This document shows positions 1 to 12,423 of a stretch of 64,000 nt of DNA, in pieces (the first letter of the stretch is position 1; every line of letters begins with the position of its first letter). This DNA is from Felis catus (lineage: Eukaryota). The position numbers and the translations under genes were made by a program. The DNA is taken from NCBI RefSeq assembly GCF_018350175.1, contig NC_058368.1, positions 67,582,001 through 67,646,000 on the forward strand, in the 5' to 3' direction. The notes beneath the pieces were generated by a model that made no database searches, was not told the DNA's origin, and saw only the letters and a list, made by a program, of their open reading frames with translations.

Positions 1-993
1 TGACACTATTTTTTGGTGTGTTTAGGATATAAAGTATTTCAAAACATTCTCTATTGGATAGCTGCTTTTCCTCACAATCACCACAGAAAGAATGATAATA
101 CTTGTGTGCAGCATTTCTCTTCAAGTTCAGGTCTTAAGAACAAGAGATAAGTACTTTCTTTGACAACGGTGCTTGTTTCAACGTTAGCTGGGATCTGAAT
201 TACTTGAACTTCTACTAGTCTAGCAATGAGCTTCACCTACATCACGCACGTGTGCCCCCAGTCCTGACAGCACCATGTGTGCAAGGAAACATTCACAGGA
301 GACAGTCTCAGGAGGGGAGAAGAGTGAAGTCAAAACAAAATCACAGAACTTTACAGACGAGGAACTGTACCTCACAGTGGTCACGAAGCTGAAATATTTT
401 TCTTTAGGAGTTACATATTAGGGCAAAGTCCAAATACACATCAGATTGAGACCAGTAATACTTTTATTTTATAATACATTAATGTGAAACTTTCTCTTGT
501 CCCTATAGATTTGGATAACAGACATCAATTCTACGGACTTCCTCAAACTACAACACCAAAAACAGACAATCCATTTTTCAAAGAGTTGTTTCTAGTGAAT
601 ATTATAAGTTCATTTCAAATAATTTCATTAAGGTAACTTAAGTTAAATTGGTTTCTAGTATCAAGGTTTATTTTTAGCAAGGACAGGAGTTTGTGGTCTT
701 TTGTGATGTTTGCATTTCCTTTATGTGCTTACTTATCTGTTCTAAATGTTAGCTTATTGATATGAGACATGAATTTAATACCTTACAAATATAACTTTGG
801 GTGCATATTAATATTTCTAAATATAAGTGTTTATTGTTCTGTGGCTAAATAGTAAGGAAGTTAGCTTCTTCCTTTAAAAAAATATAAGTTTAATTATAAA
901 GATTATCATTTGGATTTATTAACAATTATCTATGGTAGCAAAATATGAATTCTTTCACAATTACACTGGCAATGGACATCTAAATTACAGCTG

Positions 994-1118
994 ACTCTTC
1001 TTGTTACTATGAGCACTGGGTGTTATATGTAAGTGATGAATCACTGAATTTTACTCCTGAAACTAAAATTACATTATATGTTAACTAACTAGAATTTAAG
1101 TAAAAATTTGGAAAAAAT
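994..1118 (+). mobile_element. Very short 5'-truncated carnivore L1 3' tail
   Basis: GAGCACTGGGTGTTATATGTAAGTGATGAATCACTGAAT L1 3'UTR motif, A-rich end; TSD TAAATTACAGCTG at 981-993 and 1119-1131. Confidence 0.8.
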
Positions 1119-1125
1119 TAAATTA

Positions 1126-1592
1126 CAGCTGGCCTTTGAACAACATGGGTTTGAACCGCATGGTTCCACTTACATATGGGATTCTTTTTTTATAAATACA
1201 GTACAGTACTGGAAAAGCATGTCCTCTCCTGTATAATTTTCTTAGTCAGGTTTTTCTTCTCCAGCTTACTCGGGTGCTATATGTAAGTGATGAATCACTG
1301 AATTCTATTCCTGAAATTATTACACTATATGTTAACAAACCTGGATTTAAATGAAAAAAAATTTACATCCATGTTTTTAAAAACCACTACAATAGTGTTA
1401 AAGATAAATATGGAAATAAAATTTCCTATTATAAAAAAAGAATTTTAAAAATTAGTAATTTATGAAAAGTACAATATATATGACATATAAAAAATATGTG
1501 TTGATTGCTTATGTGAAGTAAGGCTTCTCATCAACAGTAGGCTATTAGTAGTTAAGTTTTGGGCAGGAGTCAAAGTTATATGCAGATTTTTG

Positions 1593-1651
<59 letters not shown>

Positions 1652-1708
1652 CGGGGTGGGGGGGGCGGTGTCAGCAGCCCTGCCCCTGTGTTGTTCAAAG
1701 GTCAACTG
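1126..1708. mobile_element. Tigger2-like non-autonomous TcMar DNA transposon, interrupted by an L1 tail (about 1271-1458) and a (TG)n
   Basis: TIRs CAGCTGGCCTTTGAACAACA / TGTTGTTCAAAGGTCAACTG, flanked by TA on both sides. Confidence 0.85.
1595..1645 (+). repeat. (TG)~25 microsatellite followed by a G-rich run
   Basis: Perfect TG run; source of the spurious CVCV/THTH ORFs. Confidence 0.98.
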
Positions 1709-2452
1709 TACTGCTGTTTCGGAGGCAGCTAATACATTGTTCTATGAATTCCTTTTTAACACAGCCACCTCCTACTATCCTTTAGCAATCTTTTATTCCT
1801 CACTTTCTCTTTAGGGGTAAACATACACTAGTGTTTCAGGTGTTTTGGTATCTTTCAGATACAGGCTGTGATTTAATATAACTGAGGAGTCTTCGGATGA
1901 AGTTCTAATAACAAGCTCCAAGGAGAACCACTTCTAAATTCCAGGGAAGAGGGATTGTCTCACTTTAAGCTTCCCTAGAACCACTTCTGTCACCTTCGAT
2001 TTTGGCATTAATGATGGTTGTGTCATAAGCACATGAACAAAAGTCCTGGTGAGGGAGAGTTTTACGCCATCAAATGTTTTTAGGTGTCTATGAAACGTCC
2101 AGGGATTAGACGCAAAGGAGTACTTGCACGAGCCAACGCGTGGGACAAATCTCTATCTGCCTCATTTTTGTCAGCCGTACTTTCCCTTTTACCTGCAACT
2201 CCTTCTCTCTACTCCAACAAGTGTCTCTACTTTGTGATTTCAGATTCTTCTAGGATTGTTGTGGGTCATACTGGAAGTATGTACAGAACATAGCGGGAGA
2301 GAAGAGACTTACAAGTAGTTAACTTTCATAGCCCCGAGAATTTGTAATTTCCTTCGGTTTATTCATATAATCTATGAAGTCAGAAAAAACGATTTCTCTT
2401 TATTTTAGTCTTCTAAAATAAATGTAACTATTCTTCATTTAAATAGCTTCTA

Positions 2453-2688
2453 GGGGCGCCTGGGTGGCGCAGTCGGTTGGGCGTCCGACTTCAGCCAGGT
2501 CACGATCTCGCGGTCCGTGAGTTCGAGCCCCGCGTCAGGCTCTGGGCTGATGGCTCGGAGCCTGGAGCCTGTTTCCGATTCTGTGTCTCCCTCTCTCTCT
2601 GCCCCTCCCCCGTTCATACTCTGTCTCTCTCTGTCCCAAAAATAAATAAACATTGAAAAAAAATTAAAAAATAAAAAATAAAAAAAAA
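2453..2688 (+). mobile_element. Young felid SINEC (tRNA-derived), full length
   Basis: GGGGCGCCTGGGTGGCGCAGTCGG head, CT region, A tail, CpGs intact; TSD AAATAGCTTCTAG 2441-2453 / 2686-2698. Confidence 0.95.
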
Positions 2689-3529
2689 TAGCTTCTAGAA
2701 GCATCTGGCTGGCTCTTTGTATAATTTTTAATATATATTTTAATATAAATATATATACATTGTATATTTATTAATAGCTTCTAAAAAGACACTGCTGTAT
2801 CCGCTAGTCACAACAATGTGTAGTTAATCTCCATTAATTGTTTAATAGCTGCTTAACTTTTTACCACAGATTCAATTTAAATCTTTTCTAAGCTGTGTTA
2901 ATTCTCCCACCTCAAACTCTTTAGCATTTGGGTTGGAACTTATAAATTCATCTTATTGGTATAGATCACTGAACTCTCTTAATGGAGAATCCAGACAATC
3001 CTTTAAGAGAGCTGGCTGATCACAGAGAAAACAGGATTGTTTTTTACGTTTTGACAAACTCATTTCTGAATTTTCTCTCCTGGATTATGTTATTTTGCTG
3101 CTTTTCTATGCTTTCCTGATATTTGAAGGACTGATTATTGGTGATGGCTATGGCAGGGTTTTAGGTCCTTCTCTGGGTGGCTGAGGCTGACAGCAGTGGG
3201 TGTGTTCCCCGGAAGTGATGGGAAACCACACAATCTATTCACAACTGGATCTGAAGAAACCCTGGAAGGAAAGTCTTTAGACAAAGGTAACACATGAGAA
3301 ACAAATATGATGAACAATCTTAACCATTTTATCAGCGGTAAAATGTTCACAGCCTAGGTTAAAGCAGTAGCTACAAGAAGCTGCCACACTCAGAGCTGGA
3401 AAACAGGTCAGGGCTACGCAGAACCAAGCCAAGAGGGAAGACACTAAGAAGGAGGGATTTGCTCCCTTCTCTGGATACCTATTCTCTAGGTAAGCTCTCC
3501 TAAAATGCTTCTGTTTTTAGGAGTATTTT

Positions 3530-3608
3530 GGGGTGCTTCAGTGATATCCAAGAATTCTGCCACTGGTCCAGTAATGTCATTAGCCACGAATCAGTTCTGA
3601 CTTCTGAA
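3530..3608 (-). pseudogene. Degenerate intronic copy of part of the UGGT2 exon at 4222-4405
   Basis: Direct repeat of 4311-4391: hand alignment gives 7 mismatches plus a 2-nt deletion over 81 columns. Confidence 0.9.
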
Positions 3609-4221
3609 TCCAATTTTTTGAAAGACCGAGTGTATTTTAAAATAGCCTCCTCCCCTTTTGTGGGCCCTGGGCGGAATGTAATAGGTGGGGAAGAGAAGGC
3701 TGGACATTTCCTGGAGAAGGATCACAGGGTGGGGGTGCAGGGAGTGGGGCCAGAGGGTGGGCAGAGGTAGGGCAGGGAGTGTAGGGGGCAGGTGGGAAGC
3801 AGTGCACCCAGCCTGCAGTTTTGAGAGCGCCCTGTTCCCTGCTTTCTACCCTAATCTCGTTCGGGCTGCTTTCTCTGGCCATGCAGTTTCTCTGAGGGGC
3901 AAAATAGGTATTCACGGTGTTGTCCTAAGTCATCCAACTCCATATTTCCTACGTCGTTCATCTTAGAGGAGCACCTGTGAAGTAGGGGTCTGAGGCAACA
4001 AAGAAGGTGAGAGTACCTAGGAACCTGGAAAACTAGAGAAGGTGAATTTGCAAATTAAGGAAACTCAAAAATCAAAGGAAAGGCTGGATCAGGACCTAGA
4101 ACCATAAGGAAGAAAATTCTGGGAGCAGCCATGGCATGATCAGTCATTGCTTACAATTACAGTGGCTGACAAGAATGTACCCTATTCCTCTTATCTTATA
4201 CAACTTTACAGGACAACTTAC

Positions 4222-4405
4222 ATCCTTGAGGTGAATATTATCAAGGTCACAATTGCTGTGTACTGTTTCAACCAACCAGCCTTCAGGAGTAATCATGTTG
4301 AGGGTTAGAAGGGGTGCTTCAGGGATATCCAAGAATTTTGCCACTGGTCCAGTAATGTCATTACCCACTAACATCAGTTCTGGCTCCAGAACAAAACGAT
4401 AAAAG
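4222..4405 (-). CDS. UGGT2: UGGT2 internal exon (approx. 27), 184 nt, phase 2-0
   Basis: (S)FYRFVLEPELMLVGNDITGPVAKFLDIPEAPLLTLNMITPEGWLVETVHSNCDLDNIHLKD inside ORF 4144..4434; gacag acceptor, GTAAGT donor. Confidence 0.96.
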
Positions 4406-4853
4406 CTGTCAACAGAACATAAATAAAAATACATACTATGACCAAAACTGAAATTTCTTCTAAAATATTTAAAAACTGAAAATCACTTACAAACATGACC
4501 AAAAAGTCTCAAATTAAAAAGACTAAAACACACTGTAACTGCAGAACGGTTGATGCTTATAAATGGTACAAGTCTGTTTACACTGTCATCTATTACCAGA
4601 TTGTATATATCATATATCCTTGTTAATTATTTCTTAATGAACATGGTTAGAATGCTTTTAGGATATACCGACTTATGTGGGTTCTAGTATTATGAGCTGT
4701 ATTTGCTCACTGATCCTTCTTCAGATTTGACTATTTGTCAGCCATTTTATTAAATGTTGGCACCACTAATGTATGAGGAGAAGTGATAACCAGAAAGCAA
4801 ATAAAATTCAAGCTAAAATTCTGATGAAAGTTCAATTAAAAACAAATAGGACT

Positions 4854-4946
4854 GGGGCACCTGAGTGGCTCAGTCAGTTGAGTATCTGACTCTTGACTTC
4901 AGCTCAGGTATGATCCCAGGGTTGTGGGATCAAGCTCTGTGTTGGG
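4854..4946 (+). mobile_element. 3'-truncated older SINEC head
   Basis: GGGGCACCTGAGTGGCTCAGTCAGTTGAG; stops abruptly before the CT region. Confidence 0.8.
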
Positions 4947-5104
4947 AAAGGCAAGGTGCAGGGGGAGGTACAAGGTGAATGAGGGGTGAACAGGGGGTAT
5001 GAGCCATCCATGAAGAAGCTGAGAAGAGAAAGAATGCAGAAGAGGAGAAAAAAGTCTGGGCTCCAGAGGAGAGGTTACTAAGAGAGCAATTTATTTCTCT
5101 TCTT

Positions 5105-5322
5105 TTTTAAAAAAAATTTTTTTAACGTTTATTTATTTTTGAGACAGAGAGACAGAGCATGAACAGGGGAGGGTCAGAGAGAGGGAGACACTGAATCTGA
5201 AACAGGCTCCAGGCTCTGAGCTGTCAGCACAGAGCCCGACGTGGGGCTTGAACTCACGAACCACGAGATCATGACCTGAGCCGAAGTCAGATGCTTAACC
5301 AACTGAGCCACCCAGGCGCCCC
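5105..5322 (-). mobile_element. Felid SINEC
   Basis: Full SINE structure; TSD TTTATTTCTCTTCTT 5090-5104 / 5325-5339. Confidence 0.93.
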
Positions 5323-6395
5323 TTTTTATTTCTCTTCTTAAATTGAGGAAACTCTCAGGACAGAAAGAAAAGGGCTGGCAGGGAGGTCAAAGACATGGAA
5401 CAAAGGAGCTATGTGACAAAGCAAGTGTGGGTTCCAACAGGAAGGGAGGATTAGCTAAGAGGAGATTCAGCACCCCTTCCCCTACCCCGCAGGAAGGCTG
5501 GGACACGTGGGAGACACAGCAGGGTGCCCACAACCTGTGCCACGTCTGAGAAGGAGGGACAGTATTCTAAAAGCAAAGGGCTTGGGGACCAATGTGTCAT
5601 CTAGTTTTCTTGATAGATGCTACCGAGTAAATAATACTCTGTTGAGCCCATAGTTCCAAACCAGTTTCAAAGTCTTTGTGTTATGCAGCATTATTAACTG
5701 CTCAAAGCATCTGTCTGGTACATTAAGGGTCATTTCACCTTAGGTCAAGTTCTTTCCTTCCTAATGGATTATGCTTCCTTATGTTCAATATTCTTACTCT
5801 TTATAGGGATACTATGGAGAGCATCTCTAGTCGTGTGAATAAAAATTCTGTACTCACAGAGCTAACTGACCTCTCTCCATTAGTGGCTAAAATAAGATGA
5901 AAGCTTTTGTTTGGATTTAGAGGGACGTAATAAAATTTGAAATACACAAGATAAATGAGAAGTATGAAAAATGAATGAGATATGAGGACATGAGTCTCAG
6001 GAAAGGAATGAATGTACCCTAAATTTTCATCTAAATTCCTTACATTTCCCATTTTATTGCTTTCCAAACACTGTATTAAAAATATTTGCCATGTTTAAAA
6101 TATCTGCTCAAGGCAATAACCTATGTTTATCAATTACAACAAATACAATTCAATAAGTAAACAAGGGACTAACCGAATGCAACTTTTCTGTCTTGTGTTT
6201 GCATGGTACATTGACAAGCCTTTTTTTTTTTTTTTTTTTGCCCCGTGACACCTGAAAGATCTGCATATTCCTATCAGAAAGGGTGGCTCAAAATGATAGT
6301 GACCCTGACCCAGAAAGGGGAAGACGGGTAAGTTTTTGTCCCCACTTTAGAGGCCATGTTATTTCAACAGTTTTAATGTGAAATATTTGCATCTA

Positions 6396-9300
6396 TTCTT
6401 GTGCCAGTACCATACTGTCTTGATGATTACAGCCTTGTAGTAGAGGCTAAGGTCTGGGATTGTGATGCTTCCCGCTTTGGTTTTCTTTTTCAACATAACT
6501 TTGGCTATTCAGGGCCTTTTGTGATTCCATACAAATTTTAGGATTGTTTGCTCTAGCTTTGAGAAGAATGCCAAGGCAATTTGGATTGGGATTGCACTGA
6601 ACATGTAGATTGCTTTGGGTAGTAATGACATTTTAACAATATTTGTTCTTCCAATCCATGAGCATTGAATGTTTTTCCATTTGTGTCTTCTTCAATTTCC
6701 TTCATAAATTTTCTATAGTTTTCAGCATACAGATCTTTTACATCTTTGGTTAGATTTATTCCTTGGTATTTTACAGTTCTTGGTGCAATTGTAAATGGGA
6801 TCGATGTCTTGATTTCTCTTTCTGTTGCTTCATTATTGGTGTATAGAAAGACAACTGATTTGTATACACTGATTTTGTATCCTGCAACTTTGCTGAATTC
6901 CTAGCAACTTTTTTGTATCTAGCAACTTTTTGGTGAAGTCTTTCCAAATTTCCATGTAGAGTATCATGTCATCTACAAAAAGTGAAAGTTTGACTTCTTC
7001 TTGCCAATTTGGATGCCTTTTATTTCATTTTATTGTCTTATTGCTGAGGCGAGGACTTCCAACACTATGTTAAACAACTAAGAGTGGACATCACTGTTGT
7101 GTTCCTGATCTCAGGGGGAAAGCTCTGTTTTTCCCCCATTGAGGAGGATATTAGCTGTGGGCTTTTCATATATGGCTTCTATGATGTTTAGGCATGTTCC
7201 TTCTATCCCGACTTTCTTGAGGGTTTTATGAAGAAAGGATGCTGTATTTTGTCACATACTTTCTCCATCCAAGATAGGACCATACAGTTCTTATTCTTTC
7301 TTCTATTAATGTGATGTATAACACTGATAGGTTTTCGAATACTGAACCAGCCCTGCAGCCCAAGAATGAATCCCACTTGATTGTGGTGAATACCTCTTTT
7401 GATATACTGTTGAATTTGATTTGCTAGTATCTTGTTGAGAATTTGTGCATCCAATGTTCATCAGGGATATTGACGTGTAATTCTCCTTTTTAGTGGAGTC
7501 TCTGGTTTGCAAATCAAGGTAATGATGGCTTCATACAATGAGTCTGAAAGCTTTCCTCCCATTTCTATTTTTGGAACAGCTTGAGAAGGATAGGCATTAA
7601 CTCTGCTTTAAATGTCTGGTAGAATTCCCCTGGGAAGCCATCTGGCCCAGGACTCTTACTTATTGGGAGATTTTTGAATAACTGATTCAATTTCTCCACT
7701 GGTTATGGGTCTGTTTAAATTTTCTATTTCTTCCCATTTGAGTTTTAGTAGTGTGTAGGTGTCTAATTTGTCCATTTCTTCCAGGTTGTCCAGTTTGTTG
7801 GCATATAATTTGCATAGTATTCTCTGATAATTGTTTGTATTTCTGTGGTGTTGGTTGTGATCTATCCTCTTTTCATTTGTGATTTTATCTATTTGGGTCC
7901 TCTTTTTGAGAAGTCTGGCTAGGGGTTTATCAATTTTGTCTGTTTTTTTAAAAAAACCAGCTCCTAGATTCATTGATCTGTTCTACTGTTTTGTTTTGTT
8001 TTTTGATTCTGTATTGTTTATTTCTGCTCTAATGTTTACTATTTCTATTCTTCTGCTGGCTTTGGGGTTTCTTTGCTGTCCTGCTTCTAGTTCCTCTAGG
8101 TATGCTGTTAGTTTTTGTATTTGGGATTTTTCTTGTTTCTTGAGATAGGTCTGGATTACAATGTATCTGCCTTTGCTGCATCCCAAGCGGTTTGGACTGT
8201 CGTGTCTTCATTTTCACTTGTTTCCATGTATTTTTTAAACTTCTTTAATTGCCTGGTTGACCCATTCATTCTTTAGTAGGATGTTCTTTAACCTCCATGC
8301 ATTTGGAGGCTTTCCAATTTTTTTTTCTGTGGCTGATTTCAAGTTTCATACTGTTGTGATCAGAAAATATGCATGGTATGATCTCAATTCTTTTATATGT
8401 TTGAGGACTGTTTTGTGACCCAGCATGTGATCTATCTTGGAGAATGTTCCATGTACACTCTAGAAGAATATATACTCTGCTGCTTTTGGATGAAAAATTC
8501 TGAATCTATCTGTCAAATCCATCTGGTCCAGTGTATCATTCAAGGCCATTGTTTCTTTATTGATTTTTTTGCCTAGATTATCTGTCCATTGTTTTAAGTG
8601 GAGTATTAAAGTCCCCTGCAATTATAGTATTCCTATCAATAAGATTGCTTCTGTTTGTGATTAACTGATTTATGTATTTGGGTGCTTCCAAGTTGAGAGC
8701 ATAAACATTTATAATTTTTAGCTCTTCTTGAAGGATAGAACCCCATGGTACTGGCACAAGAACAGAAACATAGACCAATGGAATGAAGAACCTGGAATTG
8801 GACCCACAAGTGTATGGCCAACTAATCTTTGACAAAGCAGGAAAGAGTATCCAATGGAAAAGAGACAGTCTCTTTAGCAAATGGTGCTGGGAGAATGAAA
8901 CTGGACGACTTTCTGACACCATACACAAAAACAAACTCAAAATAGATGAAAGACCTAAATGTCAGACAGGAAACCACCAAAACCCCAGAGAAGAAAAACG
9001 ATCTCTTTGACCTCAGCTGCAGCAACTTCTTGTTTGACACGTCTCCAAAGGCAAGGGAAATAAAAGCAAAACTGTACTATTGGGACCTCATCAAGATAAA
9101 AAGCTTTTGCACTGCAAAGGAAACAATCAACAAAACTAAAAGGCAACCGATGGAATGGGGGAAGATATTTGCAAATGACATATCAGATAAAGGATTAAAC
9201 TTACCAAACTCAACACCCGAAAAACAAGTTATCCAGTGAAGAAATGGGAAGAAAACATGAACAGACACTTTTCCAAAGAAGATATCCAGAGAGCCAACAG

Positions 9301-10127
9301 ACACATGAAAAGATGCTCAACATCACTCATCATCAGGGAAATACAAATTAAAACCACAGTAAGATACCACCTCACACCAGTAAGAGTGCTTAAAATTAAC
9401 AACTCAGGAAACAACAGATGCTGGTGAGGATGTGGAGAAACAGGAATCCTCTTGCATTGTTGGTGGGAATGTAAACTAATGAAGCCATTCTGGAAAACAG
9501 TGTGGAGGTTCCTTAAAAAATTAAAAATAGAATTACCCTACGACCCAGCAATTGATCCTGCCTGAATCAATACAGGACTGCTGATTCAAAAGGGTACATG
9601 TACCCCAATGTTTATAGCAGTGCTTTCAATAATAGCCAAATCATGGAAAGAACCCAAATGTCCATCAACTGATGAATGGATAAAGATGTGTTTTATATAT
9701 ACAATGGAATACTACTTGGCAATAAGAAAGAATGAAATCCTGCCATTTGCAACAATGTGGATGGAACTGGAGGGCATTATGCTAAGTGAAATAACTCAGT
9801 CAGAGAAAGACAGATATCATATGTTTTCACTCATATATGGAACTTGAGAAACTTAATAGAGGACCATGGGAGAAGGAAAGGGAAAAAATAGTTTCAAACA
9901 GAGAGGGAGGCAAACCATAACAGACTCTTGAATGTGGAGAACAAACTGAGGGTTGACAGAGGGGATGGAGAAAGGGGAGAAATGGGTGATGGCCACTGAG
10001 GAGGACACTTGTTGGGATGAGCACTGGGTGTTGTATGTAAGCGATGAATCATAGGAATCTACCCCCCAAACCAAGAGCACACCATATATACTGTATGTTA
10101 ACTAACTTGACAATAAATTATATATAA
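6396..10127 (+). mobile_element. Felid L1, 5'-truncated with 5' inversion (6396-8744 inverted ORF2 EN/RT part; 8745-10127 ORF2 end and 3'UTR on +)
   Basis: Minus-strand ORF2 fragments ([29 protein letters not shown]) then plus-strand fragments ([25 protein letters not shown]), AATAAA near 10112; many frameshifts. Confidence 0.93.
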
Positions 10128-10561
10128 AAATTTTTAATTGCATATAATAAACATTTTCTGTATTATTAAAAGATTATTCTACACTAACTACATCTCAATA
10201 CTTCCGAATAGAAATGAGACAATATCATAAAGTTCATTTTGATAATTCAGCTCTGAAGTACTGAAAGTACACAAACACAAAAATGGTTTAATTCAACTTT
10301 ATATAGGTATTTCTACATCACATTTTCAAAAATACCCATGGACAAACATAAATCCATGTAAATACTGTAATTATGTCAGATCAATTTTACTGGTTATTAT
10401 AATTTTGCGTCCATTAAGGTTAATAAATTATCTTTGGTCTTCTGATTTTTCAGTTAACCATCTTGTGAAGAAAAAAAAACAGACCCAGTAATTATGGTCC
10501 TTTCTTTTAGTCTTAGCAACTGCAAACTTTTTGAAATGAAATTATGTTCACTCAGACTCAC

Positions 10562-10641
10562 CTCGTTAAAGGGGCTTCTGAAAGCTTACCCCTACAGTTC
10601 ATGAACAACTTTATCTTCATGTTGATAATCTTGCCAAGTAC
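10562..10641 (-). CDS. UGGT2: UGGT2 internal exon (approx. 26), 80 nt, phase 0-2
   Basis: VLGKIINMKIKLFMNCRGKLSEAPLT+AG; aacag acceptor, GTGAGT donor. Confidence 0.95.
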
Positions 10642-10735
10642 CTGTTAGAAAAAAATTCCCATATTTTATATTAAATAATCTTAATATCTAACATTTATTA
10701 GGCATTTACTATGCACCAGGCACTGTGTTCACACC

Positions 10736-10927
10736 TTTAAAAAATGTTTTATTTATTTTTGAGAGAGAAGGGGTGGCAAAGAGGCAGAAAGAGACAGGAA
10801 CAGAGGATCTGAAGAAGGCTCTGTGATGACAGCAGTGAACCTGATGCAGCGCTTGAACTCACGACCCAAAAAATCATGACCTGAGCCAAAGTCTGACACT
10901 TAACTGACTGAGCTACTCAGGTGCCCT
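10736..10927 (-). mobile_element. Older SINEC inserted in a MIR-like remnant
   Basis: SINE motifs; diverged TSD CTG(T/C)GTTCACAC. Confidence 0.85.
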
Positions 10928-11919
10928 GCGTTCACACTTGATATTCATTATCTCATGTGATCCTCACAACAGCCTTTAGAGGTGACCACCTTCACAGCTG
11001 AGCCACAGAGAAATGTAGTAGTAATTCACCCAAGATCACACAATAAATCATGGCCAGGGTCAGATTTGAATCCAGACAGTTGATTTCATTGCTCAAGAGT
11101 TACGCGGCCTCCCTTTTGCCTAATGTGACTTTCTTTCATGGTCTCCATATTTCCTTAGTATTGAAGAACAAGTAAAATAATTGCTGGAACTATGACATGT
11201 GAATACAAAGTGCTGTCCTCACAGCAACAATGGCCAGGGTGCCCCAGTCCATTTGGAATTCTGCCCACGTGGTAGAGATGTAGGAAGTTCCTAGCTACAT
11301 ATGGAGGAAATACTGTCTCTTTTCCTGGGGCATATGATGTAGAAGAATTATTAATTTTGGTAGTCCCTACCTCTAGAAGGCAAGTCAGTGCAGATTTGAA
11401 AGATATTAGTCAACAGAGGACATAGAGAAAGACAGAAGGATGAGAAAAGGCACATAGAACAGGAAAGAACAGGCTTGAGAAGGAATCAGGACAGACTAAG
11501 GATTTCAGAGCCCTATTTCCTATTCTATCATTCCTCATATTTGCTACAACAGAGGTCACTGAGGCACTGTTTTTCTCAAGTGTTCAATGAGAAACTATCC
11601 ATTTCTTCCAATAAATTATGTTTTATAGCATAAATTTTCGTTATGGTAAGAAATAATAAATTATATGAAGTGCTAAGGTGCTCAGAAGGAAACATGTTAT
11701 TATTTCCAATCACATAAACTGGGATCCAATCCCATATTTTATATTTCCATTTAAATTCCTATTTTATTCCTAAATTCTACCTTTACATAAAAACTTCGGA
11801 GGTAAGCAATGTTTTTTTTTTTTTTTCTGAATAATGACTCTGTAGGAATAGGTATTTATACACTAAAATGCATCATATTAGCTCCATGCCTTACAGATAC
11901 AATGATTGATTTCTGTTTT

Positions 11920-12070
11920 CTTTTAAATTTATTTATTTTGAGAGAGAGAGAGAGAGAGAGAGAGGACCAGCGGCGGGGGGGGGGGGGGGGGGGGGGGGCA
12001 GGAAGAGGGACAGAATCCCAAGCAGGCTCCATGCTGTCAGCACAGAGCCTCATGCAGGGCTCACGTCAGT
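11920..12070 (-). mobile_element. Partial SINEC (3' half) with a long G run
   Basis: TTTATTTATTTTGAGAGAG..CAGAATCCCAAGCAGGCTCC; head missing. Confidence 0.8.
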
Positions 12071-12423
12071 GAGACAAGACTGGATGGGTATGCCCTTGCT
12101 CTCCCCTTCCCGCTCACAGGAACACAGAGGTGGGTCAGAGGAGCCTGACTGGATCTGAGGCCACGAGACACCAGCCGCTTCAGGAGGAAGACTGAACTAC
12201 CACACAAAGGCTGGCCAAGTCCTCACCGTGGGGCCGCCTTAGCCACTCCAGGCTGCTGTGAGATGAGAGAAATAAACTCCAGTCTTGAAGGTTCTGTTAC
12301 TTTGGCCAAACTTTCTGAATCTAACCTTCACTCACCTGTTTGGCTATTGTTACTTATTATACCATCGGCTTCTCCAGAAGCCATTTCTTCAGAACTCGAG
12401 ACAGGGTGAAGACAGGAAGACCG

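Noticed and set aside
1460..1814. CVCV/THTH ORFs
   Set aside because: Translation of the (TG)n microsatellite
3528..3770. Plus-strand 80-aa ORF starting at the exon copy, after a TTTTTAG acceptor-like motif
   Set aside because: TTG start, antisense to the copied exon, no recognisable protein or transcript evidence
1..4221. Next UGGT2 exon (expected ..TAEYELEYLLLEG..)
   Set aside because: Not found; presumably lies beyond the left edge of the window
8578..8940. 120-aa ORF containing AGDFNTPL
   Set aside because: Reads through the inversion junction of the first L1
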